Shown: positions 43,513-55,546, counted from the stretch's first letter. The stretch: DNA of 64,000 nucleotides from Octopus bimaculoides (GCF_001194135.2 NC_068989.1:32710792-32774791), one strand, 5' to 3'. Translations and numbers: made by a program. Notes: generated by a model from the letters alone, not told the origin.

Positions 43513-44949
43513 GTAAAATTTTATATGTTTTTTAGTTGATTTTTATCCTCATAGTTAAGAGTAAAAATTACATATATTTAGTTGGTATTTTCTAAAACCA
43601 GGCAACATTCTATATAAAGTTTCAAATTGATATAAGGAGTTTTATTGATGTAAAATTAGTAGTGGACTGATTAGGTGTTAGCTTAACAGTTGGCAGGTCA
43701 CCATATTTTATCTCTTCACTGCATTTTCACTGTATTACTGGCCAAGAACTCTTAATAGCTCTATTTTTCATACAATAAAAGGAGTACTATAGAAAGTACA
43801 CTAGGATTTGAAATATTTAGGAATCATGTTTTCTATTGAAAAGATTGTAAAATTTGCCATGATACCAAATGTTCAACTTTCCAGCAAGACTTGTATAAAA
43901 TATTTTGATATTATTTGATCGAGTTCTTGTACATATGAAATTTTGTGTCATATATTTGGTCAATCAGATCTTGTAATTAATTACACACACATATTTCTAA
44001 ATATGTATATATGTACATATGCATACACATACACTCACACACATTCATATATATGTACATATGTACAAATACATAATCACATACTCACAGATATGCACAA
44101 GTGCACATACACACTTTCTTACTGGTTTCACTTACTGGACTGTTCCCATATTGGGGCATGACATTTATGGGTTTTAGTTGAGTTATCAACTCCAGTCTTA
44201 TTTTTACTAACAATGGACAAAGTTAAGAGGTTATAAGATGGAACTGACAAAAGACTTAATACCACAGAATATTTATACTCGGTGCTCTGATACTGCCATC
44301 CAACAGCACTATATGTACAGCGTCATCATTTTATGTCCATTTCCAATGCTGCAAAGAGGGCCAGCATAGTGTGAGTCAGTTCTCATTTGGAGTTACTATC
44401 TTCTTAGAGAGTACTGGGGCCAGGTATTATTTGTACTCTACATTTTAGGCATGGTATCTATGGCCAAATCCCCTTCCTAGCAATAACTACTTTGCAATGT
44501 GCACTGGATGTACATTTTCATGAAACCAGAGACTTCTATCTCTACATTGTTTCCATTTGTTTTCAACAGCAGCACTAAAGAGGTTGCCTTGTCTTCTACA
44601 ACACAAAAGAGTTATTTTTACTCTATGCTGTCTGCATTTATTCAAGGCAACATGATTGAGAGGATAATTAGACAAGAGAGTGATGACAAAGAGGGAACCA
44701 GGATGAGAAGGTACTGAAAGAGAAAGTGTGATAGGAAAAAATGAGTGATGGGTGAAAGAGAATAATAAAGGGGGAAATAATGAAAAGAGAGACAGTGATA
44801 GGTAGCTACATATTATTAGTAAGAAGATTGGAAACTAAAACAGCATGAGCAGTATAATTAGGGGAAGAGATAGAGAAAAAGTGATGTATGTTGTTATTGT
44901 CATTATCACATGATATACCTCCACTTTCTATGCTGGCATGGGTTTACAT

Positions 44950-45755
44950 CATCAGTGAACTCACTTCTTAATTCTTTTTTAAAAATCATTCAGGTGTGCT
45001 TAGTTATACCACTTTCTTCACAGTCCAGTTTTCCAATTGCCTGATTTGTTGCCAAAGTTGTGTGAGGTCAAGCATTGTCATGGTGAATGTAGAAAGTTTT
45101 CAGATTCTTATTCAGTCTCTTCCTCCAAACAACTCTTTGAGTATCTCAATACTGCTGTTCACATTACAGCCATGCTCCAGAAAATCAAGGAGAATAATAC
45201 CCTTGTCATACTCCAAATTAACCAACCTGACTTACTATGCCAGTCACTGGCTCTTGAACTTTTTAGGTCTTAGAGAAGAGGTGTAATGACATTCCATGAA
45301 CTTGGCATTCATTTCCAAATTCGAAAGATATGCTTGTATTTCATTCCCTGGTGCCAGATCAGAGGGGAAAAAAAACATGTCTCAACTGGCTTTAAACATC
45401 TCTACTAAATCAGAACAGACTTCCACCCTTGTCTTCTTCAAATCAAATGTCAGCTGCTGAGGTATTCACTTTCTATATACTCTACAATACCCAAATTCTG
45501 TCTTGATCTGAATCCATTTGTCCACTTGTTGGTGATTCATGTCAGTAGCCACAGCTGATGGTTCCCTACTGCCTGGTTTATATTCAATGCTGCTTTCCCC
45601 TGCTTTAATCTTTTTCATCCATCTTTGAACATTGCTTAAATGAATGGTATCTTTGTAAACAAGTTATAGCTTTCTGTGGATATAACCACTCCCTCTTTCA
45701 TCAAGAATTCTATGCCAGCACATTGTTTCCACTTGGCATCCATTATTTGCCTGCA
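44950..45755 (-). mobile_element. Decayed mariner transposase remnant
   Basis: Minus strand gives GIEFLMKEG (N-terminus), GIILLDFLEHG and HHDNA*PHT (HDNARPH with CGA>TGA). Confidence 0.75.
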
Positions 45756-46294
45756 ATAAAGAAGAAATATTATTAGAGAGGAAGAATCTACTCTATCACC
45801 AAGTGCAATATGAACAACCCATGGTAATTAATAAAAAGGCTATACCCATTTTTGCATTACTTTCAGTAGAATCGTGTGTGTGTGTGTTAATTTATATTTT
45901 CCTTCCATTACTCATGAGTATGCTGTGTTATCTTCTTTCTTTGGATAACTTCTAATAAAAGATATCTTTGACAATAAAGTAACATCTTAGATGCTAGAAT
46001 TCTGTTAACAAGGTTGGTGGTATTTGAGATGGGCAAAAATACATTTGTTAAAGTTAGGTCAGTTTTACCAGGAAGTAGATTAGCTGCATTTGTTGAGCGA
46101 ACAAATGCAGCAAATCTTTCCCATTACCAATGAAATATCACTTGACTTAAGTCATATTTACTAAAGTAAGTTTAAGTAAAAGAAACGTTCAATATTTTTA
46201 CATCTATATCTTTACACTGTACACTTTATTTTTACTTCTTTCTCCACTTGGATTTTAGTTCTAAGTTCACAACTTTATTTTGTAATTTTCAAAG

Positions 46295-46355
46295 ATTACT
46301 TGGCACACCAATTGAAGACACATGGCCTGGTGTTAGTCAGCTTCCTGATTATAAG
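46295..46355 (+). CDS. CDK5: CDK5 coding exon (61 nt; KLLGTPIEDTWPGVSQLPDYK)
   Basis: AAG acceptor (ttttcaaag), AAG|GTAAGA donor; size equals the human orthologous exon; an alternative in-frame TAG acceptor exists at 46258. Confidence 0.93.
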
Positions 46356-47091
46356 GTAAGAAGTTGTAGTGAATTTAGTGATTTCTTCCTCGGAATCTTG
46401 AATTTTATGGAAATGTCTGTGTGTGTGTGTGTGTGCACGTGTGCATGTGCATACGTGTAAATTGACATATATGTGACATCTACTTACATAGCTTAGTTTT
46501 GTAAGTATGGAAATGGATGCTCATCATTGCTTAGTTCTCTCTTTTTTACTTTCCTTTTCGAGGTTCAGTGTGAAAGGTTTTCATATCCACAATCTTTAAC
46601 CAGAAAGTAACTCCTGGTTATTAACTAAAAATATGTAATGGACAAAGTTAACAATAAAAGTTGAAGCAAATAAAGCTATGTGAAAGCATGAAGTTTACTT
46701 ATAAAACTGAACATATTAGGACAGAGATGTGAGATAGAATGCTGTGCTGATGGTGTTTTATTGATAAAAAAAGAAAAGGGATGAGAAAGACAAGGCAGCG
46801 ATCAAAAAAGATAGAGGACAATTGAGGTCAGGTTCAGGAAGTAGAAAGATAAATCTGGACATCGTCAAGTTGATACAACCCAGTCTTCATCTGTAGTATG
46901 CCAGCATAATGAGGGCTTAATAAAGAAGAATTGGAAAGGAAAAGAGAGAAATGAGAAAGACAGGCAGAGGTCAACAATGTTATTTATCACCAAGTTAACC
47001 CTGATTGATCAAACAATAGAAATGGAAATACAAGGATTAACTGTCAAAATATTGGTTTACCTGGTGACTAAGAATTGAATCTCTAGGCCAA

Positions 47092-47129
<38 letters not shown>

Positions 47130-47397
47130 TTACATTATTAGGTGCCATTAGAATCTAGGAGCATCAACACATAAGACAACAGGATTGGCTAGGTACTATA
47201 AAATTGAGTTCACAGTGTGGTAAAAATAACCATTAGGTTATAATACCATTAAAGGAAAAAAATTATTGTCTCTAATTGTGGCTGAGGGTGCTGAAGCACC
47301 TATATTGCAAGAAGCACAATTTTAATATTGTGCTGTAAGGTGTGCACAATGTATATGCGATGACAAGGGAGATGACTGCCCCATGAGTGTCTCTAGG

Positions 47398-47450
47398 ATC
47401 ACTAGACTAGACTAGTTTCGCTTATCAGTCTTTGGCTCGTCAGTAGTGAC
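47398..47450 (-). ncRNA. Type I hammerhead ribozyme motif with canonical core
   Basis: GUCACUA-CUGACGA-GC...GC-GAAA-CUA(GUC)UAG-UC^-UAGUGAU: 7-bp stem I, 4-bp stem III, GUC site; stem II eroded to 2 bp. Confidence 0.75.
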
Positions 47451-47692
47451 TACACAAGTGCTTGATAGTTTGGCTAAATCTAGCTGTTAGTGTATATATT
47501 TTCACCATAAAAAATTATGGTTGATTTAGTGTAATGCTAATGTGTATATTAGAAATAAATAAAAACAGCTAGGCACAATATAATACCATAAAGGAAAAAT
47601 TTTATTGTCACTAACTGTGACTGAGGGTGCCAGAGTACCTATATTGCAAGAAATAAGAGTTAAAAACTTTTAATGCTGTAAGAAGCATGCAA

Positions 47693-47735
<43 letters not shown>

Positions 47736-47804
47736 GCACTGACAGGAGAGATAACTGTCCCATGAAATCGGCCAAATTTAACCAAACTATCAAACATTTG
47801 AGTA

Positions 47805-47862
47805 GTTACTACTGACAAGCCTATGTTATGACTGGTAGGTGAAACTAGTCTAGTCCAGTGAT
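47805..47862 (+). ncRNA. Inverted twin of the hammerhead, probably inactive (core CUGACAA)
   Basis: GUUACUA-CUGACAA-GCCUA...UAGGU-GAAAC-UAGUCUA-GUC-CAGUGAU; G8>A and first stem I pair mismatched. Confidence 0.6.
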
Positions 47863-47982
47863 TCTGGAGACGCTTATGGGGTGGTTATCTCCCATATATT
47901 TTGTGCATGTCTTACAGCATTAAGAGTTTTTAGCTTTTTCTTGCAAATATAAGTGCCTTGGCAGTCACAATTAGTGACAATA

Positions 47983-48757
47983 AGTATAGCATTTACTTTG
48001 TTAAACGACTTTATATCATTGTTTGAAAATAATATGTATTCTTGTATTTTTATATTATTCAATTGATTTTTAAAGATTATTTTTAATCGATACCTTATTT
48101 AACACTAAATTATTTAGAAGTAAGAGTATCATTTTAACCTAAAATAAGACTTCGATTTGATTAGGGTTGAAATATTTTCAATTTATACTGTTTAATATTT
48201 CATTCTATTTTATGCGATAAATAACTAGTCTTTTTTATTTCTTTGTTTATACAGTATCGTTAATGGGTTTTTTTTATTATGACTTAAGCTATATAAAGTT
48301 TAATCTTTCATTCATAATAATTTTTTCATTCATATTTTTATTTCTAATAAACCTTTAGTTCTGAGTTTAACGTCTAAGTTTCAGTTTGAACTACAACAAC
48401 ATTTTGATTAGTATAGTTTTTACTTTGTTTAACGACTGTATATCATTGTTCGAAAAAAATAAGTATTCTTGTATTTTTTTATTATTCAATTGATTTTTAA
48501 TGATAATTTTAATCGATACCTTATTTAATACTAAATTATTTAGAAGTAAGAGTACCATTTTAGCCTAAAATAAGACTTCGATTTGATTAGGGTTGAAATA
48601 TTTTCGATTAATACTGTTTTATGCGATAAATACCTAGTCTTTTTATTTTAATTTCTTTGTTTATACAATATCGTTAATGTTTTTTAATTATGATTTAAGT
48701 TATATAAAGTTTAATCATTCATTCATAATAATGTTTTCATTCATATTTCTATTCCTA
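47983..48757. repeat. AT-rich tandem duplication (47983-48346 and 48410-48757)
   Basis: Long near-identical blocks such as aatcgataccttatttaa.actaaattatttagaagtaagagta and cctaaaataagacttcgatttgattagggttgaaatattttc. Confidence 0.9.
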
Positions 48758-49110
48758 TACTTTACGGAATATTTTCACTAGACTTCTTATAAATAAACGT
48801 TTTTAGTCTTAAATAGTCTAGCTTAAACTATTGCATCGTTTAAATATGTGCTAATACTATCTTTATTATTTTAATCTTAAACTTCGTTCAAATTGCATTT
48901 TAAACAAAAAAATTTGTTTAAGTTGGTTTTTGCATATAATATACTTGTTAGTTTATTTTATAATGGACGTAGGGTTGATTATGGAATGTTTATTATTTTG
49001 ATATTTTTAATAATATTTTTCTATCTTTATATAATAAGTATTTTATATACATCCATTTGTTATTTATTGTTGGTTGATATATACATTCATTTATTATTAT
49101 TGTTGTATTT

Positions 49111-49226
49111 TGACCTGAAGATTAGCTATATTTTTGAATAGAATTGATTTTCGATAGTTTTAATCGATTTTAATCGATTTAAATTTTCTTTCTATTTGAA
49201 AATTGGTTATGAAACACGTGTAGTCA
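49111..49226 (+). ncRNA. Minimal type I hammerhead ribozyme motif on the CDK5 sense strand
   Basis: UGAC-CUGAAGA-UUAGCUA...UGGUUAU-GAAA-C(ACGU)G-UA^-GUCA; 4-bp stem I, palindromic stem III loop. Confidence 0.7.
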
Positions 49227-50135
49227 TTTTATTATCTTTATCTTATGATATTTACTTTGTATTATATTATACTTATTTATTGTGCGTTTTAATTATTAAT
49301 TTTTCTATNNNNNNNNNNNNNNNNNNNNNNNNNNNNNNNNNNNNNNNNNNNNNNNNNNNNNNNNNNNNNNNNNNNNNNNNNNNNNNNNNNNNNNNNNNNN
49401 NNNNNNNNNNNNNNNNNNNNNNNNNNNNNNNNNNNNNNNNNNNNNNNNNNNNNNNNNNNNNNNNNNNNNNNNNNNNNNNNNNNNNNNNNNNNNNNNNNNN
49501 NNNNNNNNNNNNNNNNNNNNNNNNNNNNNNNNNNNNNNNNNNNNNNNNNNNNNNNNNNNNNNNNNNNNNNNNNNNNNNNNNNNNNNNNNNNNNNNNNNNN
49601 NNNNNNNNNNNNNNNNNNNNNNNNNNNNNNNNNNNNNNNNNNNNNNNNNNNNNNNNNNNNNNNNNNNNNNNNNNNNNNNNNNNNNNNNNNNNNNNNNNNN
49701 NNNNNNNNNNNNNNNNNNNNNNNNNNNNNNNNNNNNNNNNNNNNNNNNNNNNNNNNNNNNNNNNNNNNNNNNNNNNNNNNNNNNNNNNNNNNNNNNNNNN
49801 NNNNNNNNNNNNNNNNNNNNNNNNNNNNNNNNNNNNNNNNNNNNNNNNNNNNNNNNNNNNNNNNNNNNNNNNNNNNNNNNNNNNNNNNNNNNNNNNNNNN
49901 NNNNNNNNNNNNNNNNNNNNNNNNNNNNNNNNNNNNNNNNNNNNNNNNNNNNNNNNNNNNNNNNNNNNNNNNNNNNNNNNNNNNNNNNNNNNNNNNNNNN
50001 NNNNNNNNNNNNNNNNNNNNNNNNNNNNNNNNNNNNNNNNNNNNNNNNNNNNNNNNNNNNNNNNNNNNNNNNNNNNNNNNNNNNNNNNNNNNNNNNNNNN
50101 NNNNNNNNNNNNNNNNNNNNNNNNNNNNNNNNNNN

Positions 50136-50470
50136 CAGCTTTTCTCTCAAGATACTTACACTCTGACGGGTATTCACATTGACATTACACATCCAACGGA
50201 GCATACTGGCTTCATTCCTTGCGAGCTTACGTATGTCCTCAGCAGTTACAGCCCATGTTTCACTGCCATGTAGCATGGTTGTTCGTACGCATGTGTCATA
50301 CAGTCTGCCTTTTACTCTGAGTGAGAGTCCCTTTGTCGCCAGCAGGGGTAAGAGCTCTCTAAACTTTGCCCAGGCTATTCTTATTCTAGCAGCTACACTT
50401 TCAGCGCACCCACCCCCACTACTAACTTGGTCGCCCAGATAGCGGAAGAGCATAAATCCACCATCCTCAG
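50136..50470 (-). mobile_element. Well-preserved RTE LINE RT C-terminal fragment
   Basis: YLGDQVSSGGGCAESVAARIRIAWAKFRELLPLL...MLHGSETWAV with no stop up to the gap. Confidence 0.92.
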
Positions 50471-52123
50471 GTAAAATTCTAAACCGGTATAAACAGGTAA
50501 GGTAAAACCTTGATGATGATCTATTCAATAACCAACATGATAATTAAATGATATTTTAAAAATGAACACTAGTATTTATAGAGAAATCAGAGGAGTATAA
50601 CAGACATTCTAGAAGCAAAGCGGTCAAAACAACTGTATAATTTCAAGCAGTTATCTTAATTAGTTTATAACCATGACCTACTCTGAAATAGTGCCAGGAA
50701 GCACTTACCAACCAAAGATGATCAGAATTAAGCAGGTTCTTCTCTGTTGAGAATGTTAGTTAAAAAAAAAAAACTGATATTCTGTGTCTAACTTACATTG
50801 GAGGAATGTTAGGAAAAAAATTCAGATCTTCAGGAGTTTGTACATCATCAGATCAATATCCAAAAGTAGGTCTACCCTTCACAGACATCACTCCAAACAA
50901 AGCTTCCATCAAAAGAAACCAAGACCAAGAACTGAATATAGTTCATCGCATACCAATGTGACAGGGAATATAAAGGTAGCACCAATCACTCCTGCAATGT
51001 AAAGCTAAACAGTATTGTTAAGCTATAATTCATATGGAGATGGAGAAACCAAGCATGGCTGATTATTAGTGGCGGGAAAAGAGAAATCATCAAATCTTGT
51101 GGAATAAAAGATAGAAACAACTCTGAGAAGTAAGACAACTGAACAAATCAGCACATATGTTGGACTCTTTGCAATAGGCTTAGCATGAAGATAAATACCA
51201 TACAAAAACCTTTAAATGAAAAAGAATCTTTAGCTGAAAACAAAAAATAAAAAAGATAGGTTTAAAGTTTCTAATTTCCATGACCCAGTTTTTCTGCAGG
51301 ACTGTGGCTCAGTGACTATAAGATCTGAGTGCCGTGTGAATATATGTTGTAATAACTCTGGTGAACAGTTGAATCCCTAGATCTGTCAGTCTAAAAGGGA
51401 GAGAACATTCCCTGCTTTGAGTGAAATACATAAGCAGCATCACAAGCTTATGAATAATTTATATGAGAATATCCTTGATATGGACAACAGAATGAGAATA
51501 ACCTACCTTTGTGAAGTGAATAAAGTGCTCTGCTCAAAATTCTTAGTACATTACTGAATACATCAGACAATGAAGATCAGATGATACTCTAGCCAAAATG
51601 TTATGACTATTTCAACATTGATGAGGATACTAGTCTAAACATATCGATGTATGACAATGAGAACTCCTCATACCAAAAATACAGACCAAAAAGTTTTCAA
51701 CATCAGAAAGACTCGGCTTGCAATGCCAACAAATTTTTCTTGCTAGTGGCAACTTTTGAAAACTTTTCATGATGAAATCAATCAGCTTTTCTCCTTTACT
51801 TCTAATTTTGTATTGAAAGGCATTTTTAACTCCTTATAGCATCTCTCATTATGATCCATCCCTCAGTTTTTTTTGGCAACTTATTCTCTTGCATAAACCT
51901 TATTTATCTACAAACAATGAAAGTAGCTTAATTGCTTTTAAGTGTTTAAATAAGATTGAAACTATTACCTTGAAAGAGAATACAGCTTTCCTTATAGAAA
52001 AAGGTATCAAATAAAGAATAAAGGAAAATTGTTAGATAAAGCTGTGTAGGAAATTAGGTATTAGCAAGTAATATAAATAATTTGCCTCTGGTTCTTATTT
52101 GTCTTAATTACTTTCTATTTCAG

Positions 52124-52204
52124 TCTTATCCAATTTACCATGTGAGCACAACATGGCCTCAAGTGGTTCCAAAACTTAATTCTAAAGGTCGTGACTTACT
52201 TCAG
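52124..52204 (+). CDS. CDK5: CDK5 coding exon (81 nt; SYPIYHVSTTWPQVVPKLNSKGRDLLQ)
   Basis: ctttctatttcag acceptor, CAG|GTAGTT donor; homologous to human PYPMYP...VVPKLNATGRDLLQ. Confidence 0.96.
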
Positions 52205-53379
52205 GTAGTTAACTGTCTTTTTTTTATCACAAAGTTTTAACAATATTTTAGTTTCTCTAGTTCCCCACTTAAAATTACAGTCTCTTCTTATTTTTGTTCC
52301 CATTAAAAAGAGCCATGTATCATTATCAAAATTTGAAAATGTTTCTGTTGTTATTCTAGAGAGAATAGGTATTTTGTTTTAATAGCTTAGCTGAAGGGAA
52401 AAGGATAGAACCTATGACCTTTGTAGGTCCTTTGACATTGAAGAGGCAAAAAAGAGAAAGAAACTAAGAATCAAGGGTTGCTGCTAACTGCTACTACAAT
52501 CTCTGTAATTAATTCAGTTGGAAGTCAGTGTCTGCAAGTAGGACTGCCAAAAGCTGAGGCAGCCTCTCAGAGTAATTTTCAAAGATTGGATTCCTGACAC
52601 ATCTGGCAGTAGTCTTTCCCTGGAAAACCACTTCTATCTGAACTCCCTAATGAATAGATGCTATGCAAAGGGAGGAGAGGTACAGTTGGAAGTAGTATAT
52701 CATAAAAGAGTCCTGATTTAAAAGCTTGCAGCAGAATGGGATCAACGAAGGTCATCCAAGAGCCAAATGATATTGTTAAACCAAGCAATTATTTAGGTCT
52801 GCCAACTAGTTTTATCATGGTACCAGCTCTAGAGAGGTTGTCATACTGGGTTTAGAGTCCTCTCTACATTGTATTAGGCATATGCAATTTGAAATATCTA
52901 AAGCTAATAGACAAACTCTTGGCTGCGGCTTTAGAAGCCAAACCTCTCTTAGGATGATCTCCATTAGTTGATTGTGGAAATAAGAAAGAAAAGAAAGAAG
53001 AAATGATGACAATTAAACAGATGTATGTAGATAGAGATAGATCCCATTGAGAGTGAGGAGAGAGAGAAATGAAGAGACAAAGTTGACAGGTTGGGAGTGA
53101 CACTGAAGTTCAGTAAACTAATGTAGGTTGGGACAGAGTAATAGTGCAAACAAAAGAAATCATAAGTACAGCTAAAGCTAAAGATAATTAGGATTAACTA
53201 ATTAGAACAAACAAAAGAGAATTAAGACTAAAAAATGGGATGAAAAAATAAAAGCAGGAATTATGAAATAAAGTAAGTTGAACATCTATTTCATATGGTG
53301 AAAGAATATGAAGAAATATTGACCCAGAGAATGAAGAACCATTTTTTAATGACATTTTTAAAAATACAGACTCAAAGTA

Positions 53380-53590
53380 GACCTTGAAGAGAGAGGGCAT
53401 GTCATTGATGAGTTTATGAATAGTGATGAAAGGACTTTTACAAACAACAACTGATTGATTGTTTAACCAACCCATTAGATAAACAATTGATCAGTTAGTT
53501 GGTTAAATATTTAATTGATTGACTAACAATAAAGAAGTGATATTGAACCAGTGTGTGTGGTTATTATTATTGATATAATGACTCTCCCAA
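53380..53590. repeat. Second copy of the 28493-28790 repeat family
   Basis: 53496-53590 is the reverse complement of 28493-28587 (10 mismatches in 95 nt by manual alignment). Confidence 0.85.
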
Positions 53591-53691
53591 AGTAGAAATG
53601 ATGAAGAGAAAATTGAAACAGAAATTTCATTACGTTAATTTTATAATGATATAATGTAGTAAAAGCAAATTAATTAAGAACAACGCACATA

Positions 53692-54050
53692 GGCGCAGGA
53701 GTGGCTGTGTGGTAAGTAGCTTGCTTACCAACCACATGGTTCTGGGTTCAGTCCCACTGCGTGACACCTTGGGCAAGTGTCTTCTACTATAGCCTCAAGC
53801 CGACCAAAGCCTTGTGAGTGGATTTAGTAGACGGAAACTGAAAGAAGCCCGTCGTATATATATATATATATGTATGTGTGTCTGTGTTTGTCCCCCCAAC
53901 ATCGCTTGACAACCGATGCTGGTGTGTTTACGTCCCCATAACTTAGCGGTTCGGCAAAAGTGACCGATAGAATAAGTCCTGGGGTCGATTTGCTCGACTA
54001 AAGGCAGTGCTCCAGCATGGCCGCAGTCAAATGACTGAAACAAGTAAAAG
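53692..54050 (+). mobile_element. Near-complete tRNA-derived CORE-like SINE (other copies at 14120-14340, 17030-17320, 30050-30255, 35270-35414)
   Basis: A box gtggctgtgtggtaag, B box ggttcagtccc, core caccttgggcaagtgtcttc, 3' end gactgaaacaagtaaaagag. Confidence 0.85.
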
Positions 54051-54796
54051 AGTAAGTATCAGACAGCCATCTAATTGGTTGACTTTTTATACTTTACCAT
54101 TAACATCATGTTACACCCATGGCCAAATTATTCAGTCTTCAATGTCTGAATATACCTAGTTCTAAATAGGTAAACTAGCAATATAAGCCAATGCCATTGA
54201 TAAAGGAAGCTCCTTGAAATTAACTAGTGACTTTTTTTGATTTGCAGTATCAATTTCCCTTCTCTTGAGAAAATCTATCATAGAGTAATGTTCTATATGG
54301 AGAGAACTGGAGATAAACACTAGCTCTTTATCTCCAGTTCTTTCCATATAGAACATTAAACTTATAAAAAATACAAACTGAGCAGAAATTATCATAAATT
54401 TTGACTTCTGAGGCAGTTAGAAATGAGAGAAAAAAGTCAAACAGAATATATATAGAACTAAAATTTAGGGCAAAAACAACTTTTTTTTATAGAATAAACA
54501 TAGCCTGTCCACTAGTATTCCTGATGTATAAATTGAAGCTGAAATATTCAGTCTACAAGTGTATGATGAATAGTGTCTGTAGTAATTTATATTCAAATTA
54601 TTAATTATTTTTGCATTTACTCTATATTTAGGGAACATTTTTTATTCTATTTTGGGTCCAGGCATGTTTTTGCTGTGAAATATAAATTATTATTTGGAAT
54701 ATATTTGAATTTTAAAAATTTTATTTTGTATGTATAGAGTTGAAAAATTCAAGACTGATAACAATAATGATTGAATTGTTACCTTTTCTTTTCCAG

Positions 54797-54895
54797 CGAC
54801 TGTTAGTTTGTAATCCATCACAACGACTTTCTTCTGAGGAGGGTATGCAACACAGTTATTTCGCTGACCTCAGTCCTGCAATCAAACAGGGTTGA
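54797..54895 (+). CDS. CDK5: CDK5 last coding exon (RLLVCNPSQRLSSEEGMQHSYFADLSPAIKQG*)
   Basis: cttttcttttccag acceptor; homologous to human [22 protein letters not shown]; TGA at 54893-54895. Confidence 0.95.
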   Translation, partial: RLLVCNPSQRLSSEEGMQHSYFADLSPAIKQG

Positions 54896-55261
54896 ATCAC
54901 CAGCTAAATATGAAACATTTTGTGATTTCACTTATATACATTGTCAATTCTGTTGATAACTTCTTATCAATCAGTATCTTTAATTTAGCAGAAGATTAGC
55001 AAAAATATATTTGCTACTTTAAAGACTGGAATAACTATTAAACTAAGGTTATGTAAAGTACCTCACATTTGAATGGTTTATAACAATTCAGTAACTAATG
55101 TAACTCATATCCATTGGGCTGTAATTCTACCATTTTTAGTGTGATTCATGTAAAATGTTATGGAATCTAGTCATTTTCTCCTTTCACTCCTATTTCTTTC
55201 TTAAATATAATGTTATTATCATTTATAGCTTCTTCTCTTAGTTTAATGTTGGGAAAAGGAA

Positions 55262-55267
55262 AATAAA
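55262..55267 (+). promoter_or_regulatory. Candidate CDK5 polyadenylation signal (proximal AATAAA)
   Basis: AATAAA about 370 nt after the stop codon; motif only, in AT-rich sequence. Confidence 0.3.
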
Positions 55268-55533
55268 GAGAATAGAATTCCTTTGTATCATTTTTTTCTT
55301 TGTAATTTTCTCCAGTTTTAATGTTCTTCTGGGTTAGCTTTGTCATGTCTCAGCTCTTTTCCACAGCTTAGAGCTGCAACACCTACCTCAGCTCATATGC
55401 TCTTCTGAGTATGTTTTAAAAACTTTTCCTGTGTGTTGTTCTTAAAGTAATCAAGCTACTGAGAAGCTGGTCAACTCCATTGTGATTTCACCCTTCAGGG
55501 TGGAATTTGAAATTATTTGTCTAGAATTTACCC

Positions 55534-55546
55534 ATTAAAAAATAAA
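55534..55546 (+). promoter_or_regulatory. Candidate CDK5 polyadenylation signal (ATTAAA + AATAAA)
   Basis: ATTAAA at 55534-55539 and AATAAA at 55541-55546, immediately before a hAT insertion; motif only. Confidence 0.35.

Larger units (their letters stand above)
47239..47985. repeat. Direct plus inverted repeat complex resembling a Penelope pseudo-LTR
   Basis: 47239-47386 is a direct copy of 47579-47765; 47379-47490 is inverted at 47770-47881; 47882-47985 is an inverted copy of the direct unit. Confidence 0.8.

Noticed and set aside
50530-52000. Purine-rich region that might be a decayed transposase
   Set aside because: No recognisable motif, TIR or TSD could be supported by eye
54020-54050. 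SINE terminus agtca-aa-tgact-GAAAC-AA-GTA resembling the 3' half of a hammerhead
   Set aside because: No CUGANGA upstream in any copy
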